Assembly: GCA_964016885.1 (NCBI GenBank)
Contig: OZ024746.1
Span: forward strand, 57,536,001 to 57,600,000
Direction: 5' to 3'
From: Eledone cirrhosa
Lineage: Eukaryota
Length of the DNA: 64,000 nucleotides
The notes under the pieces were generated by a model. That model searched no databases, had not been told where the DNA came from, and saw nothing but the letters and a program-made list of their open reading frames with translations. Both the position numbers and the translations under genes were made by a program. Positions 41,326 through 56,025 of this stretch are shown here, in pieces (the first letter of the stretch is position 1; the number at the start of each line of letters is the position of its first letter).

Positions 41326-41374
<49 letters not shown>

Positions 41375-41703
41375 CATACACATACATACACACATACATA
41401 GACATATATGTACATACATACATATACATAGATACATACACACACATACATACATATATATACACACATAGACATATACATACATACACACACAACATAC
41501 ATACACACATATATACTCATACATAGAATTAGATATATAATCATACATACATACGCACTTACATATACTCATATATACAAATACAAACGCATCCATATAT
41601 GCGTATATACATAGAAACACCACTACACCCTCACCCAACTCAGACATCCAAAGAAAAAGGCATATACATATACATATATACACGCATTAATAGAGATATA
41701 TAT

Positions 41704-41743
<40 letters not shown>

Positions 41744-41918
41744 ACTTATATACATATACCCACACACACATACAACCATAAATACACATACAAACACCCA
41801 CATATATATAATTTTTTACACATATATATACACATATATATACATATACACACCCTCACATATACACACATACACATAAGTTATATTATAATAATAAATA
41901 ATATGTATATACACATAC

Positions 41919-41970
<52 letters not shown>

Positions 41971-42246
41971 GAATATAGACATATATACACACACAGATAT
42001 ACATACATATATATATACACATACATATACACACACACACATATACACATTCACATATATATGTGTGTGCACACACACATATATATACATACACACATAT
42101 ACACATAAACACATATATGTGTATACATGCACACACACACATATATCCACATAGATACGAAGATAGACATATAAATAGAGAGACATACATATATATACAC
42201 ACACACATATATACATACATACATACACACACATATATATATATAT

Positions 42247-42301
<55 letters not shown>

Positions 42302-42420
42302 TATACACATACAGACATACACATACACATATATATACACATGCATATATACACATATACACATACATACACACATATATATATACACACACATATATAT
42401 ACATATATACATACACACAT
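40515..42420. repeat. ~1.9-kb degenerate (CA/TA)n field with an internal ~90-bp duplicated island
   Basis: ACGCATC..AAACACCACTACAC..CAACTCAGACAT.CAAAGAAAAAGG at ~40932-41010 and ~41587-41665. Confidence 0.9.
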
Positions 42421-42496
42421 ACCGTAAACTCTTGGTAGATTTATCTACATATATATATATATATATATATATAGATAGATATATAGATATATATAT

Positions 42497-43658
42497 ATAC
42501 AAATATAAATTACCGAGAATCGTATTTCGGCTATTGGAAATTAGCGAAAACAACTTCCGAGATGTGTGGCAAGCGCTCAATAGATTCTAACGGATCAGAG
42601 CTACAACATACGTTTAAGGCCGAACACACTGAGACGATGGTTAAACCATTATCCGCACAGACATAGAAACGACCAAGTAATTCGGGTCAAACAAATAAAA
42701 GAATGTGATTGAAAAATTTACCCGGACCCCTGGATGGTTGGTAAAATCCAGCGCTAATCTTTTGGTAAGATGATTGAACAAGAAAGTCACTTTCTCAACA
42801 GGTTTTAGTTCAAGTGCCAGGTCAAGGATTGACCGTTAACAATACCCGCGTGGGGCTTGGCAAGGGAGACAACCCTTATTTTTGGCGGATGAATTCAGTA
42901 TATGTAATATTGTAAAATTGCAAAATATCACAAAACGAATTAAGTTCACAACAGAATGGCTATAAAGTTAACAAAAGCTATTCATCAGTCAATAGAATCA
43001 ACTAAAAAAATCAAGAAAATTAACTGTTCAATAGCTACACTCAGGAGATTAATACAAATATAAATTAGCGAGAATCGTATTTCGGCTATTGGAAATTAGC
43101 GAAAAACAACTTCCGAGATGTGTGGCAAGCGCTCAATAGATTCTAACGAACCAGAGCTACAACATACGTTAAAGGCCAAACATACTGAGACGATGGTTAA
43201 ACCATTATCCGCACAGCCATAGAAACGACCAAGTAATTCGGGTCAACAAAAATTAAAAAATGTGATTGAAAAATTTACCCGGACCCGTGGATGGTTGGTA
43301 AAATCCAGCATTTGGTTTCTGCGACTCCTAAATCAGGTACTGTCCGCTTAGACAAATAATGCTAAGCTTTTGTAAGATGATTGAACAAGGAAATCACTTT
43401 CTCACAGGTTTTAGTTCAAGTGCCAGGCAAGGAGTGACCGTTACCAATACCCACGTGGGGCTCGGCAAGGGAGGCAACCTTTATTTTGGCGGATAAATTC
43501 AGTATGTGTAATATTGCAAAACTGCAAAATATCACAAAAACGAATTAAGTACTCAACAGAATGGTTATAAAGTTAACAAAAGCTATTCATCAGTCAATAG
43601 AATCAACTTAAAAAATCAAGAAAATTCACTGGTCAATAGCTAGACTCTGGAGATTAAT

Positions 43659-43662
<4 letters not shown>
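42497..43662. repeat. Two tandem non-coding units (555 and 605 bp) bounded by (TA)n
   Basis: ATACAAATATAAATTA.CGAGAATCG at 42497 and 43052, with a third start at 43657. Unit 2 has ~50 extra bp at 43310-43360. Confidence 0.92.
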
Positions 43663-43709
<47 letters not shown>

Positions 43710-43710
43710 G

Positions 43711-43743
<33 letters not shown>

Positions 43744-43955
43744 GTACATACATGTATGTACACGTACATACATATATGTATACAGACATACAGTAGTATG
43801 TAATATATATACATACATGCACATATATATATATATGTACGTATGGATTCACCGAACATTTATTATAATGCTCGGAGTGTTTGTAAACAAACATCCCGTA
43901 TTAAGCCGTAGTGTCCAGCAACCATCGTTGCTCGTTTGTTCAACACTGACAAAGG

Positions 43956-43998
43956 ACGTTGTACTAGTTTCAAGCTTATTAGCTATCATCAGCAACGT
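43956..43998 (-). ncRNA. Minimal type I hammerhead ribozyme (inverted copy)
   Basis: Minus strand: ACGTTG-CTGATGA-TAGC TAATAA GCTT-GAAACTAGTA-CAACGT. Confidence 0.88.
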
Positions 43999-44407
43999 AA
44001 TACCTTCCTGCCAGATTGTTGAACGTATATACTTACCTTATGCATATTAACGGCTGAGTAGCCCAATTTGCATATCGAGTGGGTTAATCGGCCGGGTGTA
44101 CCGAATACGATAAACAGGAAAAATGAAACGAAATTCGGTGAATCCATACGTACATATATATATGTGTGCATGTATGTATATATATATATACATACTACTG
44201 TATGTACGTGTACATGTATGTACGTGTATATACTTATATTAAGTAACAGCCGTACTAAGAGTGGGAAATGAAATTTCGTTTCATTTTTCCTGTTTATCGT
44301 ATTCGGTGCAGCCGGCCGATTAACCCACTCGATATGCAAATTGGGCTACTCAGCCGTTAATATGCATAAGGTAAGTATATACGTTCAACAATCTGCAGGA
44401 AGGTTAT

Positions 44408-44450
44408 ACGTTGCTGATGATAGCCAATAAGCTTGAAACTAGTACAACGT
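44408..44450 (+). ncRNA. Minimal type I hammerhead ribozyme
   Basis: ACGTTG-CTGATGA-TAGC CAATAA GCTT-GAAACTAGTA-CAACGT. 6-bp stem I, GUA triplet, U-U at the base of stem II. Confidence 0.9.
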
Positions 44451-44738
44451 TCCTTTGTCAGTGTTGAACAAACGAGCAACGATGGTTGCTGGACACTACG
44501 GCTTAATATGGGATGTTTGTTTACAAACACTCCGAGCATTATAATAAATGTTCGGTGAATCCATACGTACATATATATATGTGTGCATGTATGTATAATA
44601 TATATACATACTACTGTATGTCTGTATACATATATGTAAGTACGTGTACATACACGTATGTACGTGTACATACTTATATTTAAGTAACAGCGTACTAAGA
44701 GTGGGAAATGAAATTTCGTTTCATTTTTCCTGTTTATG

Positions 44739-44775
<37 letters not shown>

Positions 44776-44911
44776 CGTTATTCCGGTTGAATCGGAGGTA
44801 ACCACAGTAAGTAAGGTACTCAATACATAGCAGAGTATAACAGTTTTAATATAGATGAGATTTCTACAGGACTAGAACTGTTTCATTCATTTGAAATCAT
44901 CAGGAATCCTG

Positions 44912-44913
<2 letters not shown>
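44776..44913 (-). mobile_element. pLTR-like module (family C) with HHR-like core in (TA)n
   Basis: GGTAACCACAGTAAGTAAGGTACTCAATACATAG shared with 51458 and 55832. Minus strand CTGATGA-TTTC AAAT GAAT-GAAACAGTTCTAGTCCTGTA. Confidence 0.7.
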
Positions 44914-44947
<34 letters not shown>

Positions 44948-44954
44948 TGATATA

Positions 44955-45040
<86 letters not shown>

Positions 45041-45053
45041 TATATATATATAG

Positions 45054-45101
<48 letters not shown>

Positions 45102-45107
45102 ATATAC

Positions 45108-45144
<37 letters not shown>

Positions 45145-46959
45145 CAGCTATATATAGCTTAAAACAAACAAAAAACCCCTACACACTAAGCTGGAGATGC
45201 CTTACTAAGGCTCCTCCATATAGCTCGTTGAGCAGGTGTTGTAGCCTGTGCCTATCTGAATCTCATGCCATAGTATTCTCAGGGCTCATCTTGCTCAACA
45301 GGAGATCAGAAATCTTCTCGTCCTGCCCCCATACCATACTTAGCTCTTTCTTTTTCTTCAGACCGGACACATAGCCATGACACCACCCAGTCCTGCACGT
45401 GGCGGCCCCGCTGGCGTACAGGGTGCTTTGTGGTAACCCCGGCCGCATGGATGCCTCGGCTCCCCGATTGGGGATGGGGACTCTGGTGAGGAACAGACGA
45501 CCCTGTGTCCCAATTGCCAACCTGCGATTGGTGGCAACACTGTTGCTGGGCACCCTGGGGGCAGCTGATGCCTGCGATGCAGGACATCGTGATGGCCTGG
45601 AACCACGTTGACTAATCTGAGAGGGTGCCGTCGGAGATGTATGTCAACAAACTCGAGAACTGCCTAGGGAAACAGTAACAAAACACCCAATATGGCGGCC
45701 GCTCCCTGCCTATATCCACTCACCCCCACCCCCTCCCCTAGTAAACCCCCGCCCAAATAGATGCCCCCCCCCATTCTTTTGAGCTGGTTCTTTATTATCA
45801 GTGATTAGTTCTTTACTAATAGGAATTTTTTTTGTATTTCACCACGGTCGACATAATGGGCTTAGAGAGTTGACTTCCTTGAAGTCTGACCACTCGATAA
45901 GTTAGGGGTTGTGCCCCTTGAGCAGGGGTGTGTATAGCTGGTCTACCTGCTGTCTGCTACTACCCGAGACTGGACACGGTCGTAGCCACAGGCCAGCGCG
46001 TGCGCGATAGCATAGAATGTATATTTTCTGCTGGTCACCCCGTGTAATATGATACCCTAAGATTCCATGCTTGAGATTCACCGAAGCATGCGCAATCTTA
46101 ACCGGGAGATGACATGCGAACTTGAAAATACCACAAGCGAGACCCTCTGGATAACGTAGACGCAGGACCATACCCGCAAATACATACCCTGATCTGTCTT
46201 GAATATACAGGGCTGACGGAATATGGATAACACGACCACCATCTAAGCTGAGACCGACCCATACAGCAAACAAAGAGGGGACAGCCCTTCGCTTTTGACC
46301 AGTCGCGTGTGGAATTGGAGTTCGTAATATACCACCCCAGTCAAATCCACACTGGTTTTTTAACAATATAGCATGTAGACCAATACATCCTGCGTAGCGA
46401 AACCTTGGACTTAGAACCGGCAGGCTCGTCTATCGCGAAAGCGTTCAACCCCTGAAACTAAAAGATTGAACGGACCACATCCGGCAACCACTGGCTATTA
46501 GGTCCACAGGTACATCTCCCAGAGAGTCCACGCAGATAATAGTGAACCCCAGGTGATCTATGAACGTTTAAACAAGACCAGCTGCGCCTGGAGCGATGCA
46601 GATGACTGCATACGCATAATGGATATCGTGCCTGGAGCTATGCAGGGGACTGCATAGGCAGAATGGATATCGCGCCCACACGGTCACCAGTACTGTTCAT
46701 CCTGTTATATGTATGTAAATATCAGTGCGCGGGATATCCCTGAGTACATTTTCTTGACCATCAATTGTTAATCTATTGTTTGTTATTTAGGCAAGAATGT
46801 ACCATTGTGTCTGTGCTCGTCCTATGTGTTGCTGTGTGTGTGTAAAGTATCCGAGCGCGGGATATCCCTGAGCTAATTTTGCCTGACCGTTAATAGTGTT
46901 CTGATTACTTGTTGATTGGGCAGGAATATATATTGTTGTCTTTGTTGATCCTATATCAA

Positions 46960-47125
46960 TAACTTTGTGATCATTTTGTAATAATTTTATGATAATTTTG
47001 TAATAATTTTGCGATAATTTTATGATAATTTGATAATTTTGTAATGATTTTGTGGTAATTTTGTGATGATTTGATAATTTTGTAATGATTTTGTGGTAAT
47101 TTTGTAATAATTTTGTAATAATTTT
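46960..47125. repeat. AT-rich minisatellite, ~9-12-bp units (GTAATAATTTT-like)
   Basis: Direct reading. Source of the repetitive ORF 46787..47173. Confidence 0.85.
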
Positions 47126-48179
47126 TAATCCTGTATCAATAATTTTAGAATTGTTTTTCTTGTGATAATACATGGTTAGATCACTGAAGCTACCTTATAC
47201 CTTCTTAAAGATACATTTTATAATTATTGTCTTTTTGCTTATGTATTTTCTTAGTTACCACTTTCTTTAATCTTGCCCAACTTGATAAACTCCTTGAATT
47301 GCTCCCTAATTAAATTACTTAAATTGCTTAGATTATTGTATCTATTATGCCTAAGTTGTATCTGTTGAAGCAGCCCTTTGAAAATTCCTCGGATATCCCA
47401 AATACCGTAATTTTTAATTTTTAACTTTTAATGTATAATTTTCCTCAATTCGTTTTTATATTTATCCTTAAAGGCTCTCTAAAATTTTAATTCTTCGAAG
47501 GGTCTCTCGGAAGAAGTTCCTATTGGAAATATTAAAGGGGCCTTTCTGAGAGATTTATGGAAGGCTCTCTGAATTAACCTCTAATTGATTAGTTTCTTTC
47601 AACCTAGTTTTCAATTCAGTTTTCTGAATTTTGTAAACGTGATCTCGGGGGAAGAAGGTTTTTTTCTTTCTGAAAAAAAATTTTTTCTCTAGAAGAAATT
47701 TCATAGGAACTTTATATATTTTTTAGGGAAACTTTATATTTTTATTTTCTTATTTTATTAGCCTCTTAATTTTCTTCTAGTCTAATAGGTTTATTGGAGC
47801 CTGTAAGCTTTATGCACTCATTGAGGGATTTTCTAAGGTTCTTCTACGGGACCCCAAGTCTTTTAGTTTAAAGTTGATGCGTAAATTATATATTTTTGTC
47901 TAATTTTTAAACTTCAATCTCTGACTCCGACAACTAATATAAAAGAGCCCCCCCCCTCTTAGAATATTGACCCCAACTATACAAGCGGAGTTGCTGATGT
48001 ATACAACAATTTCAAACTGCTAGCCTTGAGTGATACGTTGATGTAAACAATGATCTTGCAATCACATGTTATATGCCTTGATAAGTCCAACCATGGGGTC
48101 AGACGAAATGGCTGTCGGCAATAAACTTGTTATAATGTCATAATAGTTCCTTTGTTCTTTTTCACTAATATATATATAC

Positions 48180-48216
<37 letters not shown>

Positions 48217-48218
<2 letters not shown>

Positions 48219-48392
48219 ACGAAGGAAATGTGGTAAGGAACCAGGTGGACCATAACGCACCAAAGTACTCAATACTTAGGGTAGTAGAGTGGGTAATAAG
48301 AACAAGTAAGACCCCGACGGCTGAGCTCAAGCCGTTTCGACGGCTAATTCCGTCGAAACGGGTTGAGCTCAGCCGTCGGGGTCTTACTTGTT

Positions 48393-48396
<4 letters not shown>
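48217..48396 (-). mobile_element. Family-A fold-back pLTR mini-element in (TA)n
   Basis: TAACGAAGGAAATGTGG...GTTTCGACGG-CTAATT-CCGTCGAAAC...GTTCCTA. Confidence 0.9.
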
Positions 48397-48426
<30 letters not shown>

Positions 48427-49057
48427 CCTATATATATATAAACGTATATACCTGCATAAAATATATTCATGCTTACAACATATTCAATGTTGATTAAACC
48501 AATATTCAACTTATTTTCTTATCACTTCATCCATTTTAATAGTTTGACATTATTTTTTTTTCCCTTTTAAAGTTTTATCATTTCACTCTTCCAAATTTCT
48601 TACATTTTCATTCGTTCATATAATATTCCCTTTAAAATTATATTTTTCACTTCACCATTCCAAAACAATAATCGTATTTTCAAATCTTTATGTTTACGAT
48701 CCATTAAGAAAACTTTTATTTAAATTTATTTTTCGGGCTGTTTTTTTATATTCCCACCATTTATATATCTTCTTTGGTGTTTTCTGTGGAGATTGTTTGT
48801 ACTTTTTTTTATATTTCTCTCATTTTGTTTGCTTTGTTTGTTATAGTTATATTTATATCAATGTTCTCTTCTATTTTTCTTTTGTTCGGAAATTACATTT
48901 AATTTTTGTTATTTTTGTTATTCTTCTCGCATTAAATTTCATCAAGTCACATTCTCCAAAATGCTCTTGTGTTATATTTCTTTATCTAAAAGCTGTCCAT
49001 CTTAACGGTAGCTAATATTTACAATTAAGATTACTTTATTACTTTATATATATATAT

Positions 49058-49088
<31 letters not shown>

Positions 49089-49155
49089 CATGCGAATATG
49101 CCTGTGTGTGAACTCACACTTACATACAGCTACACGTATATATAAATATAATTGA

Positions 49156-49315
<160 letters not shown>

Positions 49316-49330
49316 ATATGTATGTGTGTG

Positions 49331-49408
<78 letters not shown>

Positions 49409-50391
49409 CATATATATATATATAGATGTATATTTGTATATATATATATTAACGTGCGCGTTTTTTTATATTGTTCTCTTAATTCAATTTGCTTTAATTA
49501 GATTGACAATTGTCAATATATTTAGATTTACGACAAACAAGAAGAGATTCACTCTTTTTCCTTTTTTGTTTGTTTCTCCTATTTTTAATATCCTTACTTT
49601 TCGCACAGCAACAACCATGTTCAAGTGACAAGAAAACAACGTTTAAATCGATATCATGACGAATACACAAACACACAAACTCACGCTCACATATATATAT
49701 ACATACATTTATACATACATATATTGATACATACATATATAACATATTTATAAGCACATAGTACGTATGTATATATATATCTATATATGCATATATATAT
49801 ATATATACATATACTCACAAACATATATCATCATATGTCTCTCTGTGCAATTATTCAAAACAGTCTGACGATAACATTATCTTTTCTTGCTTTCTTTCGG
49901 AAACGATTTCATTAAAGTTTAATTACAAATCAATATTTATTACTTTTATTTTTCTTAGGAGCGCAAAATGAATATGCTAGGTGTATTGGTTCATGAATTT
50001 AAATACAAGGATTCTGTTTCGATCAATCTGTTGACAATATCTGTATGTGGGATAACATTCCAATGGTGTACACCTTTTGAAAGGAGAGCGCAATATAATT
50101 TTATTCAAATTTGGCTGCCATTTAATTTCATCGGGGCGACCGTAGAAAGTGACCGTTTTCGGCAAATGTTTTATTCTGGTTATTTGATATTGTGTATCCA
50201 TATTTCAGCACTATTGGATATATAAAATATCAGATATGTCAAATGGAGGAGCCGCCGTGGGCCACATGGATCACATATGTATTGTCTTAGGGCCACGCAC
50301 AACTAACTGCTCACACCACAACTGATTTTACGAAGATAAAACATGCACGCGCTGTAAAAACCTTTATGAGGGCCGCGGTGTGCTTGTAAAG

Positions 50392-50433
<42 letters not shown>

Positions 50434-50445
50434 ATGTGTGTGTGT

Positions 50446-50536
<91 letters not shown>

Positions 50537-51013
50537 CATATTTAGAGAGTGACAAAGGAAAACATTTGCTCTGGCAAAATAGTCCTCTGGTTCCCAGAAC
50601 ACATAATCACCACGCCCATCTTCTGTGGACTCACTAACTCAATGGAGACGACAAAGCAGAAAAGGACCCCAACAAGAATCTCAATCCCTAACCTTCCATA
50701 GGGGTGTTCCACAAACAACCGATAATAAATGATCCATACGAAAATAAAGTGGAGAGAGTATGCCAGGACATCATAAAGACCATAACACAGACAAAATCCA
50801 CCATGAAAGCTGAGAGACGGATAAAAGGTATTTCTTAGCTCAATGAAGAACAGAAGCCTAGTCTGCTATAATTAGATAAAGGAGGAGAGCCCTGCGTATT
50901 TGGAGCCTGTGGGTGGTGTGGGAACGGAGTTAATAATTAGGTTGATTAAAACAGAGAGCCTAACTGAAGAAGTTCCCTTACAGTTTTATTGCTGCAAGTT
51001 ATAAGTATATATA

Positions 51014-51175
51014 TAATTGTTTCTACTTTTGGCACAAGGCCAGCAAAACCCAGTGTATTACTGGTACTTTATTTTATCGACCCCATCATGATGAAAGGCA
51101 AAGTTAACCTTGGCGGGATTTGAATTCAGAATAGCAAGGGCCGCAACTCGATGCGTCAAAGCATGGCGTCCGACC
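51014..51175 (-). mobile_element. tRNA-derived SINE, same family as 19622
   Basis: AATTGTTTCTACTTTTGGCACAAGGCCAGC..GGTACTTTATTTTATCGACCCC..GGCGGGATTTGAATTC is the reverse complement of the 19622 copy. Confidence 0.88.
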
Positions 51176-51352
51176 CCCCCCCCCTATATATATATAATAT
51201 ATATTTAATGTATATTTAATGTATATTTAATGTATATTTAAAATGTATATTTATAATTAATTCAAACAGAACCTGTGACATAACACTGGCTTCCTAATAT
51301 AAACATATCCATATATGCATCTATATATTTATCTGTGTACATTTAAAGTAAA

Positions 51353-51406
<54 letters not shown>

Positions 51407-51457
51407 GTGTGTGTGTATGTGTGTGTGTGTGTGTTTGCGTGCGTGTGTGTGTGAGTC

Positions 51458-51605
51458 TCGGGTTCAGTCGTGGGTAACCACAGTAAGTTGAGTACTCATT
51501 TATTAGTAGAATATATACAAAATTTGGAAAGAAATCATTTGAAAAGGCCTGATGATTTCTTTCGAATGAAACAGTTCTAATCCCGTAGAAGCAAATTCTA
51601 ATTTA

Positions 51606-51612
<7 letters not shown>
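51458..51612. mobile_element. Family-C module with inverted HHR-like half
   Basis: 5' part collinear with 44776. CTGATGA at 51549 followed by GAATGAAACAGTTCTA on the plus strand. Confidence 0.7.
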
Positions 51613-51644
<32 letters not shown>

Positions 51645-52253
51645 GTAACCTTATATATATACATGTGTGTGTGTGTGTGTGTGCTTCTGTATAGAGTTGG
51701 AGGCTTATGTGTATAAGAGCCTATTTATGAATATACACTTTTTGTCTCCCTCTTTTATATCAAGCACTGCTTTAACAGAGAATTTAACTTGGGTCTCATT
51801 AGGTGCTGCTTAAATCTATGCATTTTTTTATTTTTTTGTATTACTTTGTTTTCTTTCAAATTTTATATGTATTTGTCAGTACTCCTATACATACATTCTT
51901 TTTTAAGAGTTCATGATCCATTTCTAGAATTATTTACTCCAATGCTTAACCTCTTTGACTTTGAGTCAGAATCTTTCCTTTTCACCTGCATTCAGATACC
52001 TTTGCAGCTATAAATATATTCCCTTCTTTTGGCCCAAATTCTATTTTGTCTATTCTGTTCACACCGTTTGTTACGGATTCCTTATGGTATTTATTTTATT
52101 ATTTTTATCTTTATTTCATTTATTTATTTATTTGTTCCTTTGTATTTGCTTTCGTTTCTACCTTATTTTTTTAATTCTTTGTTCGTGTCGCCTAATTGCT
52201 TCCTGAGTGAAGTCGAGAGAGTTTTCTGTCTGGAATGCAAAATATCCTTTGCT

Positions 52254-52330
<77 letters not shown>

Positions 52331-55300
52331 TTTTACGTACCTATTCCTGTATTCTGGTATTTTATTTTTATATTTGCCTCTCACATGATGAAATCTGGTA
52401 AATCGCTATCTATGCTCTACTTCAGATTTCAACTGCCATTTTCTTTTCTCATAATTTATCGTTTCTGGCTGTTTCTCTCCCCATCGTCCTTATGACGCTC
52501 TTCTCGTTCTATCATCACTATCACAACAAAAATAACAACTACAGTAAGAAACAATATCACAATCTCTCACCACCAAAACATCACGAACATCTTCACTCTC
52601 CTTTTTCATCCTCACACTCTACTATCGTCGCTATCACCACAACCACAACAACAAGAGTAACAAACAATATCACTATCAAGAACTCTAATAGAAACAACAC
52701 CTATATCTTTGCTACAAGCTCTAACCTCAGTAGCAGTTCTATCCTGTCTTCTGCAAGCAAGCTCAGCTATAAATGAATGCTTGAGCTTTGGCTTAAGTCC
52801 ACAGATTGAAATCTTTACGGGAATACAAATAACGTTATAAGTTGATTCAATCTCAACAAATCTGTTAAGGTCCCTTATTAGATATATGCACAATTCTACG
52901 GAAGCAATTGCGTGCACACACACATAAATATACTGACGCTCACACAGACACGCACCGGCGTTCACAGACCCACTGGTATACGCGCACACGCACTACAGAG
53001 ACTGACGTCCACACATTCGTACACATAAACGACCTACATTATTCATACATATACGTTTACATAAGTACACATATATTGATACACAATCACCTAAATATGC
53101 ACACACACACACACACACATACACACACACATACACACATGCACACACATATAGTCACAATAGATTCATAAACCCGAACACAATAATAGAAGCATACATT
53201 ATAGCCAAGGAGGGACTCGTTCCCCAGTTGATTGATCGATTGTATTAGCTGCCAAATGTCACTCAAAATATGAACTGCAGTTTGATGATGGAGGTATATT
53301 CCAATTTCTATTATTGTGTAATGATTTCAGTCATTTACCTAATATCTGTAACGAATCATTGCCTATCGATACCATTGCTCAATCTTTAAAACGTATTTTA
53401 TCACTATATATTTGTTTAACCGACAATTTACCGAACGTAAAATAGAAATCGTAAATATACATAGATAAACACACACATATAAATGCATGCATATGCGTCT
53501 GTGGGTATGTGTGTATGCCTGTACATTGAAATATATTAGAACAATATTTCTATGTGTGGCGATATATCGTTTATACAAACACCACTTTGTTCCTTTTACA
53601 CTCTAGAAATTACGATCAAACGTCCCTCAAATTACCCACTGCCATCTGATTAAAAACAAACAAGATACGTTTTCTGGAATAAATATGATTCAAGTAAATC
53701 CTACTTTGAAAGTATGTGAGTAATGATATTCCGCATCATGGTTGACCTATCTTTAAATAGAAAATACGCAAATCAAACACAACAGAAATAATGTTTTCTA
53801 AATTTACCACATGTCCAGCAATTTCGATCGAACTTGAAAGTGAATTATGCCGACCCTTCGTTAAAGGTAGATTATTTTATCGACGCTCAAAATATGAAAA
53901 GTTGATATTGGTAGGATTTGAAACGAGTAAGTAGATGGCCAAATAATGATTTTTATAGAAGACTCTTACTTCATAAATCGATTACACTCTAATACATTTC
54001 ATCAAACATTAACACAATTAAGAACAAGAACGGAAGAATGTATTAGCTTATGAAGTTCTATAATAACTATAATTTCACTGGAGTATGTCAGGGTGGGCAT
54101 GTATTTGTTCATATGTTCGCTTTCTTGGAAAGGATCTATACATCAACAACATAATCTGCAGCATTAGCCCCAACAAATAAAACAGAAAGCACAAGAACGA
54201 AGGGGGACTGACTGCAAAATCGATGGTCATGTCTAATTCTTCCTCAAATTTCAATGTAAATATAAAACAAAAATGCAAGATATCGAGACTGAAATGATAT
54301 AAAGTCAGACATTTATAAAAAAAAAAATTCCAATAAATGTCAACTAATTTATTATCACTCTCAAAAAGATTTTTGTGAAATATCTCACAGAAGACACTTC
54401 ATTTTAAAATTATATTAGAAAACACTGAAATTTGTGAGAGAAAACTAATTGTATTTTTAAACTTCCGTAATAAATTAATTCCAATAAAAAACAAGTTGTT
54501 GCTGTTTAGCCACAAATCAACTGGAGCTAAGCAACAACAACAATGTATTCATGCAGATTTATAAAGACAGGTATTCCAGTCGTCTCCATCCTGTTTAGCT
54601 GCAAATCAACTGGTGCTAAATAATATATGATGTTCTATTCGGTCATCAGTGACAATAGGTGTGCACCTAGAAATTAACTCTCCAGGTCGTAAGCCCCGGC
54701 AATGTTTTGACTGAAGCCCGGCATTCGTCCACGCATGCCAGACGTTTTTCTCCACGCAAATGATGCTGCCCAACATAAATTCAAAGGCCATTACAGTTTG
54801 GTACCAATGTCTCATCTTCACATTTTTTCCAACTGAATTGAGTGGACCAACGCGTAATACAGTGTCCTGCTCACAGCTCTGGTCCTTAGATGAACAATCT
54901 TACCAGTAAAACACGCGACTTCATAATAATATCAGTAACAACAATATTACATGTTTATATAGATTTACAAAAATAGTTATTTCAGATGTGAACTTCTATT
55001 TTAAAACTGGATTTCGATATCCGATAAGTCATATCATTTTTGCTTTTCAAATAGTGTGCGGAGGTATGATATACATATTTTCAATTTTTAATTTCAAAAT
55101 TCGAGGTGATTTGAGAATAAGTCCATTGTTGGATACACATTTGCTACAAGGATATCAATGTTTCATAAAATTTTTGAGAGCAAAGAGTCACAAAGAAGTA
55201 TTTAACTAGATGGAAAAAAAGAGCCATTTGAAGAATATACGTATATATGGTTGCCTAGCCACATGCACCAGCGAAATATATAACGTTCGACATAAAAGGT

Positions 55301-55759
55301 TAAATATTTATATACTACTACTTTGATTATACAAAAAAAAAATACTTTAAACATTCTGGTAATTTTTTCAGGTTTTCTATTTCTTCTGCTTTTTTTTTCT
55401 GTGAAATAAGGATATCCGAATATAGTTTTATAAACATGTTCAGCCATTTGCACTATTATTCACATTACCAGAAAACAAATTTCATCTGTTTGTTAATATG
55501 GCGTACTTGTACATTTTCCCTCCGCTTTAGTGACATGTTATTCAGATTTTCCTCTGTGCTACAGAGTACGCAAATACTTATAGACAAACCTACTAATAGA
55601 TATGCTGCTCTCTTTGAGAACGGTGCTGTGATTAAAGACAACCAAAAACATCAGTCTAACAATTGTAGCTCAAAAGGCAATAGGGTCAGCCGTTAAGAAC
55701 AATATATCTCAAATTTTCACACACATTTATACATACACACATACACACAAACACACGCC

Positions 55760-55819
<60 letters not shown>

Positions 55820-55831
55820 AGTGTGTGTGTT

Positions 55832-56025
55832 TATCCCGGGTTCAATCGGGGGTAACGTCTGTAAGTAAGGTACTCAATACATAGAATAGTATAAATATTC
55901 ATATAGAATTGGCTTCTACAGGACTAGAAGTCTTTTATTCGTAGTAAATCACCAGGATATCTTTCCTGATGATGGTACCTCCGAATGTAACAGTTCAAGC
56001 CCCGTAGAAGCCATTTATATATTAA
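55832..56025. mobile_element. Family-C fold-back module
   Basis: GGCTTCTACAGGACTAGAA...CAGGA mirrored by TCCTGATGA...TTCAAGCCCCGTAGAAGCC. Confidence 0.7.

Larger units (their letters stand above)
43736..44737 (+). mobile_element. Candidate retrozyme (sister family): inverted copy plus ~1.45 tandem ~417-bp units in (TA)n
   Basis: 43736-44134 is the reverse complement of ~44272-44671. TTCGGTGAATCCATACGTAC at 44134 and 44551. One HHR on each strand. Confidence 0.82.

Noticed and set aside
42983-43000. CTGATGA on the minus strand of the 555-bp unit
   Set aside because: No correctly placed GAAA or stem III, so not called a hammerhead.
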